A DNA stretch of 64,000 bases. Source: Octopus vulgaris. Its lineage: Eukaryota. The notes under the pieces were generated by a model that was given only the letters and a program-made list of their open reading frames with translations, had not been told where the DNA came from and searched no databases. Made by a program: the position numbers and the translations under genes. Of this stretch, positions 13,601-26,800 are shown one piece after another (positions within the stretch are counted from its first letter, which is position 1; every line of letters starts with the position of its first letter). The DNA is taken from positions 86,490,001-86,554,000 of the forward strand of contig OX597814.1 in assembly GCA_951406725.2 (NCBI GenBank), written 5' to 3'.

Positions 13601-16600
13601 AAAATATATTTTTGAAGTAACAGGGATTTACAGTTTGATAATTTTTTGGAATTTTCAGAAAAGTTTTGCAAATTTATATTCTACACACGAGAAATTCATA
13701 TGATTATGCAAAAAAAAAAAATCGTACGTGATTTAAGGCTACCTATTTAGCTGTTATTTTTAGCACATGTCATGATCACCTCATACCGCATGTGTTTTAA
13801 GCATAATAAGCGATAAAAAAAAACGTGATAAGCAGCTTGGTAACAGTTTGGTTTATTACTATGGAAACAGGCATCGGTTTGTCTATGATTTTCAGTTGGT
13901 TAAAATTACCCAAAATTTACAAACTTCAAAATCTATTAACTCGTTATTTATTGATTTATGACGAAAATGAATTTCATGACTTTACAAAACTACACCAATA
14001 CACCAAATATGAAATCAATTGGAACAAAAATTGAAAAGTGGCAGCCAAACAGAAAAGATTCTGTGAAGGTTCATGGCTTTTCTTGAGAAATTTACTGCAG
14101 TGCTTTCTGCATTCTGCCAGTTTATTTACAGCTTATTCTATTAGTTACCTGCTCTCCCAGCTTACCTTTGAGTGATAAGTTTACATGACATCAAGGTATG
14201 TCCACACACTGTTGGCCCTAATTAACTCATATCTCAGAGGCCCAGCTTTCCTCTGAGTTTTGTATCCATTAGTTATAGGAACAGCTATTTGAACTATAAC
14301 AGGGCCCTGTGACACATACTACAACCCTTAGATACAGAGGGCCTGAGAGCAGCCTCACATTGGGAATAACTGACATACAGGTTCTTTCATTGGCTTGTGT
14401 AGCCAATGTTCTGTAGAGCATGAGGTCCCTAACCACCAGGTCATGGAATTCTTTTGATACCGGACCACATAGAATAATTTTTTTTATTTTATTCACTATC
14501 ACAATCTGCAGGATGTTTTTAGAATATATATGTAATTATAAAATTATTTGTTATGCACATGATCCCCCAGTCCATGGTGAAATTGTCTTGCATGAAACTA
14601 GTCTGTGATGCCAAAACATTGGGGGATCACTGTTGTACAATGTCTCTCTCTCTCTCTCCATGTTCAGATGATTCTCCATATTTAGCCATGTCTGTAATAT
14701 TTGAATGTTTTTAAGAGATAATCTTCCCAATGCCAACCATTGCTCTATATTGTTTTGAAGAGATGAGTTTATATAAAATTGACTCAAATAAATAATAATG
14801 ACTGTCTAAGGATAGAAAACAATCTTCTGTAAGTCTTGAGTTTATGTCCAATTGGCAATTTTTTAGATATTTTTCCATCATCATTTTATTGTCTACTTTT
14901 CTATGTTCTGTAGATCAGAACAAGTTTTACTCTTTCAGGCTCAAGCTTTAAAAATCATTTGCCTAAAGAAGAAGAAAGATTTGGTGAAAATTACAGAAGA
15001 TAGGCACAGACATGGCTCTGTGGTAAGAAGCTTGCTTCCCTGTAATGTGGTCTTGGGTTCAATCCCACTGTGCAGTACCTTGGGCAGATATCTTCCACTA
15101 TAGTCCCTGGCCAACCAAAGCCTTGTGAGTAAATTTGGTATACAGAAACTAAAAGAAGACTATTATGATTATATGTATATATACAATTAGCCAACATAGC
15201 ATGTTATTTGCATTCTACCCTACAATGTCCAAATACCTGCTTATAAAATGATTTCGGCTTTTTATAGTTTCAGGTCTTGACAATGTATAAAGCACAGTAC
15301 TGGTGACAGGAAACAAACTCCTTAGCTCTTTTTCTGTTATCAGTCATCTACTGCTGGTACTTTTTAAATTAGAAGTTCATAATTAAACAAATTCCTTTAC
15401 TGTGTCCCATATCAGATTACTTGATCTTTTACAAGAAAGTCATTAATTAGACTTATTCTTATTAATTAATACTATTTGCTTATTTTATCGCATTTTCAGT
15501 ATGTTTAAAATCATTTTCTTCTTTCACTCTTCCTTTTTGAGTTTTATCTCTCTCTTAAGAAGTTAAGCTCACTAATTACCCAGTGGAATTATAAATTAAA
15601 AATTAATCCTGAAGGCCTAAGTGTAAATAGGTATAATGAAGCTTCTGCAATTAACTAGGATGAATTGCAATTGCAAATTAAGGATCATTCATGTTAGTTG
15701 CTTGCCTTGCTAATGTAGCAAACAAATTTTAATATTAATCTTTGACAGTTGCACCACATGTTGTAAGTCAAAGCTGTTATAACAACATACACACCACAAC
15801 TTCGGAAAGCTAAATATAAATTACTAACCTACAATCTTTATATAAAACTTAATACAATAGGTAAATTTAGAAATTATAAGCTGTTCACCAACTTCTATTT
15901 CTGGGCTCAAATATTGCTATTATTGAGTATATCTTTCTTATTTTTAGCCTCTTTTGGTTTTATAAAATTTATGTGTTTAACTTCAAAAAAATTATACCAT
16001 ACAAGTTTGTGTACTCAGACTTCTTTTAATAATCCTGTGATTGCTTTTGCTATAGTTCAGTTGGGTTAGCCATTTTGTGTTTACCAACATCTAATTGGTT
16101 GAAAAGAAAGTTCAAAATTAGCTTGATTGCACTTATATATGAATTTCTTGCTGAAAGAAATAAACATTAATAAATCTGTAATAATGTATAGATAAATGTT
16201 AATAAAAGTCCCCCTAATTTAGATTTGCTACATTTATAATTGAACAGAGTAAATGAGTGATTTGTAATATTTACATATCTATACTTGACAACATTAAACA
16301 ACCAGATATCCAACAAGACATTTCATGGTAGAAATTGCAGCTGTTCACTTAATTTATTAGTCAGGTCTAGTTTTATTAAATGGTGTGTTTCATCTTTACC
16401 AAAATGCAGCTTGTGAGTTCAGAAGAGCAGAAGTAGTGATAGAAGATGTAGAGAAGAAACAGCATGTCCTTGAGTCAGTACACAGTGTGTTTGAGGTTTG
16501 GGATAATCAGCAAAGTGACTTGACTTTATTTTGTATGTGGTCAAGGATATTTTGTTATCAAACAAATCTTTGCATTATGTGCAAAAGTGATTGTGCTTTG

Positions 16601-17368
16601 GTCATCATTGTTAGTGGTAATAACCCCCTCCCCCATTTTTCTCATAACTTGCTGTATACTATACAACTGTAGCTGCTCTGTAAGAACTATTCTGCCTCAG
16701 TGTACAATAACTATTATACTATGCTGGTGTTAGCAAAATGTGTAGTAGATCAAGGTGATGTGGATGTCAGGCTAGAAGTCTTTTGTTTAAATTCACTGCA
16801 AGCACATTGATGAACATTGAAGTAAAATTTTTCATTTTATGTGCCTTAATTTCCCTCATCAGGAATAGTTACCAGACTGGTAATATAGGGTTCTTATCCA
16901 AGAGATATTTGTTGCTCACATATTAAGAAATCAGAGCTTTCTTGAGATATTTTAAACATTTATTTCTCTTATACCGTGTAAAGTTATCCTTTAAAAACTA
17001 AAAACACCTCCCCCCTCTCTCTGTCACGTGCATATTCAAAACGAACAATCTAAGGCAGAACGTGCTGTACTATCAAAATTACTCAGCATGGTCATTACTG
17101 AGAACTCTTCTTGACTGATACTCTTCAGTTTTATCAAGAGCAAAAGTCAGATGTTTATACATACATATTTTTATGTGTTTCTTGTTTAATTTCAAAGTTT
17201 GTGTTTAATTCTGCCTATATTTAGATTGGATACTGTTTGAACATAAGGTAAATGTGTTTGAAAGTTGTGTTTTTTTCCTTGGTATGTTTGTTCCCAAACA
17301 ACACTTCTTTTAATGCTGCCCAGGTGTCGAAACTAACTTTAAAATTAAACTACAACAAGAAACGCATA

Positions 17369-17400
<32 letters not shown>

Positions 17401-17497
17401 CAATATCCGTAGGGCTGCTGACGATGGAGGTATGTTGGATTATTGGTATGGCTGTTTTTGTATATGTGGAATAGTGTTATAACACATCTTTTATATA

Positions 17498-17535
<38 letters not shown>

Positions 17536-20500
17536 AATAAACCTTTACATAAATAAATAACGTGAAATACACGAAGGGACGAACATAAGAGACAGACGGG
17601 TCATTCAAAGCCTTCGTTCTTCAGTCAGAAACCGATTCCTCATCGCAGATAGTTTTATCCTTTTATTTGGCAGAAGTCTTAAAAATGGCTTATTTTCATA
17701 ACGCAAAATGGTAATTTAATCCTGATTGAGCCATGTCGCCACTATAATTACTCAGTAAATTTAGTCAGGGACTCACTTTCGTTTTTAATTGGAATCATTT
17801 TCCATTACCAATAACCTCAGGATAAGATTTTTAAAATAAAAAATAATGGCTTTATTGTTTTTAGTTTGTTTTTTTTAGGGTTTTTTCCAACTATTTATTC
17901 ATGAAAAAAAAAGCCTGTTGACAGAAACTATTCCATTTTATATGTAAAGGATTGATTTTCGCAAACTCTGGTCTGCAAGAAATGGAGTATTACTTTTCAC
18001 AAGCTAAATTGACCTGGATTTCTAATGTCTTCCCGATCTGTTACGCAGCTGTAAAGAGTGAGCTAAAGCAAGATAATATCTATTAGTTACTAAAGCCTAA
18101 CAATGACACGAAGTAGAGAGTACTTTTCAATATGGCCGAAAGCTGTCAGCTAGGAAAGTAGGTTAACAAATATAGATTCAACTTGCTATGCTATAACGTT
18201 AGGTTGACCTCGCCAACCAGACGGACATGAAAGGAAAAGAATGTTGGCATAGCAACTGCGAACAAGAGCCAGTGCATGGGAATAAAAATATTATTTGCTA
18301 ATACCTCACGCCTACCCACAGAGCCATCTTTAAATACAATAGGTACGCGTGTGTTAACAAACATACAATTGTCTTCTATGATTTTTAAGCAGTAAGAAAC
18401 GAAAGACTTTTTCTTTTAGACTCCTGTTTTCTGTAAATATCAGGTCATACCGATTTTTTTTTATCATTTAGCCATTAGTTTCTTTCAACTTGGGCTACAC
18501 ACTACTTCATATGAACCAACGAGGAAGCGTTTTTATGTACTCACTCGACTTGCTAGAAATAACAGTCAACTCTCCCTCAAATCCCGCCCTGCCATCTTAC
18601 ACAAAGAACACATTTGATAATGTAGTCTTACATACATTACGCCTAAACAGATCACAAGATGGTCATGGCTGGACTGCTTTTGATCTTATCTGTACGTTCA
18701 GGGTTGAACTGAGGCTAAATCACCTCTTATGTCACTGTATGTCTTTATTCATTTTGTATGTATGCGAGGAAGGAAGGAGAGCAATTATCGTCCCAAGGTC
18801 GGAAACTAGATACTACGATTAAGGATATGTAAAGTTTCAGCTTTCAATAAAATATATTTTACTGTTAGTACTAAATATTTTCTTTTTATTCAGACTTTAC
18901 ATATAGACACGTGCATCATTTAACGGCACATTATAAATACTTGTTATATTTCTATGCATTTTTACACTCCCCTTATTTATTTACCTTGTTTATTTTCGTC
19001 TTCTTTCTCTTTGCTAAAATCAATCTGTCCATTCCATTAATTCTTTTTGTCTTCATCTGTATTTGTCTTTCCTTCTCTCTTTCCGTATCACTTCACCCTA
19101 TAATCACTCCATTTCTGTCCAAATGCCAACTACATTTTAGCACGGTCTGATATACAGATTTTACTATTACTACTACAAGTAAAATCTTGCTCAGTAATTT
19201 ATTATTCTAGAATCTTTTGGTGACCTAATTTCAATTCTTGATTGAAACCGTTTCACTTTATGCCGTCAATTCTTTGGCAAAACCATTCCATTATCCTAAA
19301 CCTTGCCCACATATAAGAAACAAATATTGGAGAAAATGTTCGTTAATGTGTATTCTGCTATATTGCCCAGAGTATTAGCGTTCATGTCCTTTCCAAGACT
19401 AAAATAACTACACGATTATCTCTGTAGATAATCGGTTCTTAACTTAACCTAATACTTTAGATATCCGTTATCGTTTATCTTACATTGTTGTTAGTAATTG
19501 GACTGTGATCATGCTGGAGCACCGTCTTAAAGGCTTTAATCATACAAATTGACTGTACCTAGAATATCGAGTTAAATATATCTCACTTTTAATATGAAGC
19601 CACGTCAACTTATTTAACCCCAGGTCAAACAAGATCAAATAATCCTATGATAGTCAAAGACATTATAGCCGTAACCATTCTGTCTTTTATCTTTTAAGAC
19701 AATATACCTAGGCCTATATTATCCAATGTCAGAGTAGGCTGTGACTTCAGAGAGATTTGGTTACTATTTCTAACACTAAACGACCGAGTTCAAGCTCTCG
19801 TTGAATCCTCATTTTCTGTCGTGTTCTTTCTTGCTCGCTCATAACTTTTATTTGCTCTCTCTCTCACAGATTGTAGCTGTATGGCTGGATGAATATTCTC
19901 TTAGTCTCAGGTGAATAAACAATTTCGATCGATAAAGAGGAATGGGAATGATAACAAGTGTGTGAGGATGTGATTAGATAAGATATTTATGAAAAGAACA
20001 TAGGAAGGACTTTCTAAAATTATTAGCCCATTTTGTAGCAACCTTGATTGTTATACATTTTACAAACATTTATTTTTCTATATTTGTTTTAGAACAAACA
20101 GTTGGCGTATTTGTTCATTTCTAGTCTTGCTCTCTCTCCAATTCTACTTTCGTCTTTTTTCATTCATCATCATCCCCTCTCTGTCTCTCTTCTATATCAT
20201 ATAACTTCCACCATGCTACCCCTTCTCTCTCGGTTTTCTTCTTTATCATACCACCTCTCTCTCTCTCTCTCTCCTTTATTCTGTTACTCTCTTCCACTGT
20301 TGCCCAATTCTTTATCACACGATCTCTTTCTTCTGTTTCCACCTTTCTAGTTCTCCAATTTCATTCTTCCAATCTTTTGAATCTATCAAACATGCTTTTT
20401 CAGTCTTCTTCCCCACCCTCCGCCATTTATCACTTTTCTCTTTTTCTTTAACATTGTAGTTCTCTCTCTCTCTCTCTCTTCATTTTCATTCTTTCTATTT

Positions 20501-20836
20501 ATTCCTTCGCATATTTTCTGCACTTCTCTAATGTATGACAGTTTTCGCTCCTTTCTCCTTCTCTCATTGACACTATCATCATAACTCTTTCTGCCCTTCC
20601 CTTCTTTCTCTTATAATCACTTCCTCCCATTCTCCCTTTCCCTTGTATTTCGTACTTCCTCAATATTCATGCTAGCATGCCTAACACTCCTACTCGTTCC
20701 CACTCTGTCTTTGTTTAGAGACCTTCAACTCTCTTCCTGTCTCTTACCCATTTTTCATTTCCCCTCTCTGCTCTTTTTATCTGTCTTTCACGTATTTCTG
20801 TCATTCATTCCCACGCTTTTTTATAATTTCACACAC

Positions 20837-20872
<36 letters not shown>

Positions 20873-23800
20873 GGCGCTTACATTTCAATCGATTTACCCT
20901 TTTATGGTACTCATGTAAGAGTCATACACATGGGTACATGCTTTCTATCTCTCTTTTCTCTTCACTTCTTTCTCTTTCTCCCTTTGCTACATAAATTACA
21001 ATAATTTTATATAAGTGCTAACACGCTATTTTAAAGATACCGTATTTAACGTAGATATTACGTTTTGCCTATGTAGCCTATTAACATTAGATTTTGTGCT
21101 AATTTCTATTGCAATGGACACTTTTTCCAATGTGGGTCTCGCGTTCCACTTTTACAGACACTCTTTCGATCAACTTTTACCAGTCCTCCCTACCATTCCC
21201 ACGTCTCTTCGTTTGCAATTAGCTTTATAGATTCTTGTTTTACAACTTCTTTTTCCCACTCAGCCCACTCTACGGAGTGTTTGGTGTTAGGAAGGGCATC
21301 CAGCCGTAAAAAAAAAACCATGCCAAAACACACTCAGAAGCATGGCGCGGTCTCCCGCCTGGCCAGCTCCTATCAAACTGCCCAACCCATGCCAGTATGG
21401 AAGGAGGACGTTTAACAATAATGATGATGATTTCACTCTCTCACATGTACATACTCTGTACTGCTGGAAAGAAATCCAGATGGAAAATATATTTATTTTA
21501 AGAAGTAATGTTTATCACCACCTAAATGTGGGTGCTCTATAAGAATAGACGATACTGATATTTTAATCCCAGGAGGACGCCTGCAGTTAGTTTATCCAGT
21601 GTATTTCACACTTAATATGTATTGCAAACGGAGAGAGAATGCTCTGGCATTCTCCTGGGGTTAGAATAGCAATATCATTCATTCTTAAAGAACACTAACG
21701 TTTAGGTAGCAATAAACATTACATCTCAGTATAAATACTGCTTTCATCTCTTATAGGGATTTTCTTAGCAAAATTATTTTAAGATACGTACAGGTGTTCT
21801 TTTCATGCTACCTTTTTTCATATTAAGAACTACATTTTCTGTTGTTTCCTTCTTTTAAGAATGTTGGATGTGTGGTTTGGAATGGCCAGTGAAACTTAGT
21901 TATGCTCTCTTAATTATAGTCATGTAGGTTCTACTTAGATAGTTCCATGATAAAATGCATTGCAGTTGTGATTATCATCATCATTGTTTAATGTTCATTT
22001 TCCATGTTGGCATGGGTTGGGTGATTTGACATGGAGCTGGCCAACCAGGAAGCTATCCACACTCAAATTATCTGTTGTGGCATGGTTTCTAAAGCTGGTT
22101 GCCCTTCCTAATGCCACCCACTTTGCAGAGTGCGCTTGATGCTTTTTATGTCATGTATATATCTGTGTATATCTATTATATAAATCCCGTTCTGTGTGTG
22201 TGTGTAAAAGTTTATTACAGCCATATTTTTCAACTGATTTTCTCCAATCTGGGAACATACATTACTTACGTACCAGGGATGGTTTTAGACTCTTAAAATT
22301 TTTCGCATAATGAGTAACAAGCCCCCTGGGGGCAGAAAACGCCCGTTCATGTGTTACGTGGCGAAGGGAGATAACTCTTTGCGAAGATACTTTCATAAGT
22401 TGATTGTCTCCCTTACATCCATTGGTCATCAAAAAAATTTTTTAGATATTTCTTTTTATATTAGATTCATGCCTTTGAAAGTTTTTTGAAATGTTTACTT
22501 AAGGTTTTCTAACGTCAGTATATATATATATATACTGACGTTAGAAAACCTTAAGTAAACATATATATATATACACACACACACAGCAGTCTTCTTTCAG
22601 TTTCTGCCTACCAAATCCAGTCACAAGGCCTTGGGCAGTCCAAGTCTCTAGTAGAAGTCACTTACCTAAGGTTCCATGCAGTGGGACTGTATCCAAGACC
22701 ACATAGGAAGTAAGCTTCTTAACATGCAGTCACACCTATGCCATCGTTCTGCATCTATATTCTGTTGATTTGCACCAAACCTTTCTTCTTTGAGCTAAAT
22801 GTTTTTTCAAGGCTTCAAACTGATAGAGTAAAACTAGTTCTAATCTGTTAGAACATGAAGACATTGTCAGTAAAGAGTGTTGGTTTAGTTGTTGCAGTTG
22901 CAGTTAATCAACAACAATCTTTGATCATTCAGAATAGAATAGCAAATTTCATAGAATACTTTTATGATTAGAAAGCTTACAAGCTAACATTCTAATTTTG
23001 AACCCATGTAATCAATAGCTCAACTGTGGCAGCACTGTTTTAATCTCACTCTAACTATGTCTTCAAAAAAATATTTTCCAAAAAACAATGTACATGCCAG
23101 AATATTCTTGCAATCTTTTACAGGTATTTGTTGGGGATTATAAATTTTGCCCATGATAAAGATAACTGCTTGATAACATATTTTATTTATATCCTCTATC
23201 GAGCGTTGGGCCTCACAGAGGCAATGTGACCAATGCTGATGTTACACGAGTAGCACCTGTGCCAGTGGAATGTAAAAAGCACTTTTTGAGCGTTGGGCCA
23301 AAGATAAACAAGATATGGCAAGTGACCTACTGCTATGAATTCCAAAGCACAACCATACTCCAGCTGGTTGTTCAAACACAATATATGTACATTAAATCAC
23401 CAGAGACACTGGATGTCTCCCTGAAGACCTCCCTCAACCAATACAAGATGACATACATGGATGACATGTGCAAGTTAAAAATGTCTGAGCAAGCTCAACC
23501 AGATGATGAAAACATGTTCTGCAGATTTATTGACAAGTTATATATATAGATGACAATTGTTTCAATAATGTGTGAAAGACAAATCAAATAATGTACATGG
23601 AGACATGGATCAGAACAATGATATTGTCATCAATTATATCATGTGTATCACTTATTGATCGACCCACAATCATTTAGTTATAACTGAATGAATAAAGAAA
23701 ATATAGTTACAGATTGGATAATTTCACTTATATAAAAATACAATAGTCTAGTGGATGGTCGTTATTTGATTCAAGAAGGAGGGGCTAATGTTAGATGTTT

Positions 23801-26800
23801 CAACAACAAACAAAAATAAAAAACGAATGACTAAACAAGTTAATTATATTTCTTGATAATATAATTTCTCAGTTTCTATTTATCAATCAGCTTGCATGTC
23901 TTGGCAGTTGTCTGCTTGGTATTTACAGGTATCATAAAGCTTGCATATGCATGTGCACGCACACACTCACACACACACACACTTGCATATATATATACAT
24001 AATTATATATGCATCAGTGCATGTGCATACACATGCATATATGTGTGTGCATAGGTATATGGATGTGTTATTCTTTACTTGGATAAAGAAGTAAGAGCCT
24101 TTTTCTTTTCTTATCTTCCAAGTTACTTGGTGACTTCACTAGTGCCAGTGGCATGAAAAGAAAGCTCCCAGCGCACTCTGTAAATTGGTTGGTGTCAGGA
24201 AGAGCATCCAGCTGTAGAAATCATACAAAAGCAGACATTAGAGCTTGACATAGTGCAGTGGCTCATCAGATCCTTGCAAACTGTCTAATCCATGCCAGCA
24301 TGGAAAAGGGATGTCAAATGATGATGGTGGTGGTGGTGGTAGCAGTAGTGGTGTGTGTGTGTGAAAACAGTATGTAGTGTATACATACAGTGTTAGTAGA
24401 AATTATATATCTACTGGCAAAAAAGTTCTGATCATTGGCGGAAACTATTGATAATGGAAAGTCTGGTTATGTTGTGATATATTTCTGTGTGGTGATCAAG
24501 CTATCTGTTTCTTTCAGTACATTATTGTCAAGCTATGTTTGTTTGGTTGCTGACAATTAATCAGTAAATAATGTTCTACTTGTTAAACATGTGATCAGAA
24601 GTGCATGTTGATATAGCATCAGACTATATTGCTGATTGGTCTGTATGATGATACTGATGTCAGCACATCTGTTGATGAAGTATATGTATGAGTTGATTAG
24701 TCTGAAAAAATATTAGTGTACTTTAAAAGAGGAACACCTGTTGTGGTAGTTGATCAATCCAGAAGCTGATGACATAGGTGCATCTGTTAGTACTAGTCTG
24801 CCTGGTGCTATGCTTTTGTTCATGAAAACAAAATGCTGATTTGAGGATCTGCTCTTGAGTCATTGGGATGTCATGAATATGATAACATGAGGTTTTCACT
24901 ACATTAATCCCATGTTGGATTTCTGTGCACAAAAAGAATAGCACCCAACATTTATTTTTGAAGTAGTGAAAAGCATATGTTTCTATCACAAATGAAATAT
25001 GTGCATGAATTGTGCTGTTTTGCCCTGATCTAGTTTTCCTGACTACTATTAGAGAAATAACTAGAGTACTGATGGTAGGACAAGAGACTAGTGATAAATG
25101 AGCTCCAAATGAACTTACTTCATATTCATCTGATATATATATACTGGTTGAAACAAATGGACAATGACCATGTCCATGTGAAGGCAGAAGTGACCCTGTG
25201 AGATTAGCATATATGTGCTCAGACTTTGCATAATGTGTAGCAAAGATGACTTATGGTGACTTGATATAGAGATGTATCTTTGCTTTTTGTTTATATAATG
25301 CAAATCCTAGTCTATTCTTGAGTTTTTTATTGATACTAAGCCAAATGAAGCATGCTGAAATCAAATTTTTTGAAGAATTGGTACCAGAGTGTTTCAAACA
25401 ATGGAATGTATTGAAAACCTCACAACAGTGACTTTGAGACACAAAAGTACATTTGTGACTGTTAAAGATTTCACACTAAATATATCCTGCTGAGAAGGAA
25501 GTGACATCTGATAGAATACTAAAGAACGAATTCCAAAAGTCAGGAGAGATCTTTGCTGTTCTCTTAAATAGCTGCTACCACATCTAAATTGATGGAGGCA
25601 ATTGTGTGTAGTACATTCACATGAATACATGAAAGTGCATATATTGCGACATTGTCAATTACCTGAATATGATTGATGCTAGTTGTGTAGTGCGATAAAT
25701 AGTTGAAGTTGATGATCTCTTTTGGTGAATGGCAATCAGGTTTAGACTTCAGAGTATGCGTTGGAAGCTTGTAATCTGATAGAAAGTGAAAACACAAACA
25801 CTCAGCATGTGAGAGAAGTACTTCATGCTGAGATAGGCTACAACAAACACAAAGACACACACATGCATACATACACGCATGCACACACACACACACACAC
25901 ACAGCATGCACACATATCCACGCACGCACACACACACAATGACTTCCTTCATTTTCCATCTATGAAATCCACTCACAAAGCTTTGGTCAGCCCAAGGCTA
26001 TAGTAGAAGACAGTTGCCCAAGGTTCTATGCAATGGGACTGAACTTAGAACCATGTGGTTGGGAAGCAAACTTCTTACCACACAGCTATACAGTGTCTAT
26101 ATGATCACTTAAAGAACTTCTTGTGGTAATGACATTACCATCTCTCTTATCTCCAGAAACTGAGAGTATATGAATGCTTTCTCTGTTTGGTCTCTTCTAC
26201 GAAACCTAATGGAGTTGAGAATGCTTATATCCATTATGTCAAACTTGCAACCTAAGAGCTGAGAGCTGTCACTTCTGACTGTATTTAAGAAGTAAAACTA
26301 GTGGTAAATTCCACAGATCCCTTATGTTGCATTGGAAACATGGGTGAAAATACATTTCCATTAGCTTAGCTAATTACTCAATGAGGATACTGTCTTCAAT
26401 TGATGTAAGAATGAGCTGCATATCTATCAAAAACCATTAAAGGAATTCTTTTGAAAATAGTGTCCTCTGTGTGTTATCTTCCAGGAGTTGATGTACACTG
26501 AGTAGGATCCTGGAAATATTGAGCTAACCTAGCCCTTCCCAAATAAAATGCTGATGTAATCACTTCTGAGACTTAGAGTTGTACTTAATTAGCTCTTTCC
26601 TCAGGATCATGTTGCTTACAATATGTAGTGGTGTGCTAAACAAGTCTCATCTTGGGCTATATTTGGCTAAAGTGAGCCTACAATATAAGTGAAATGCATA
26701 AATTCTGACAATATATGGCATGTCAAAAACTGCAACTCATTTTGTGTGAACCAGAGGGTAGGTTCATTAGGGGTAAAAAAAGAGGGAGCTTCAAATGACT

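Noticed and set aside
14167-14790. Minus-strand coding exon(s) ending at the aag|gtaagc donor
   Set aside because: All three frames contain stops and I recognise no protein motif; probably old TE sequence or non-coding.
17560-17630. Minus-strand ctgaaga with an acgaag/cttcgt stem
   Set aside because: The stem is followed by gtat rather than gaaa, so the core is incomplete.
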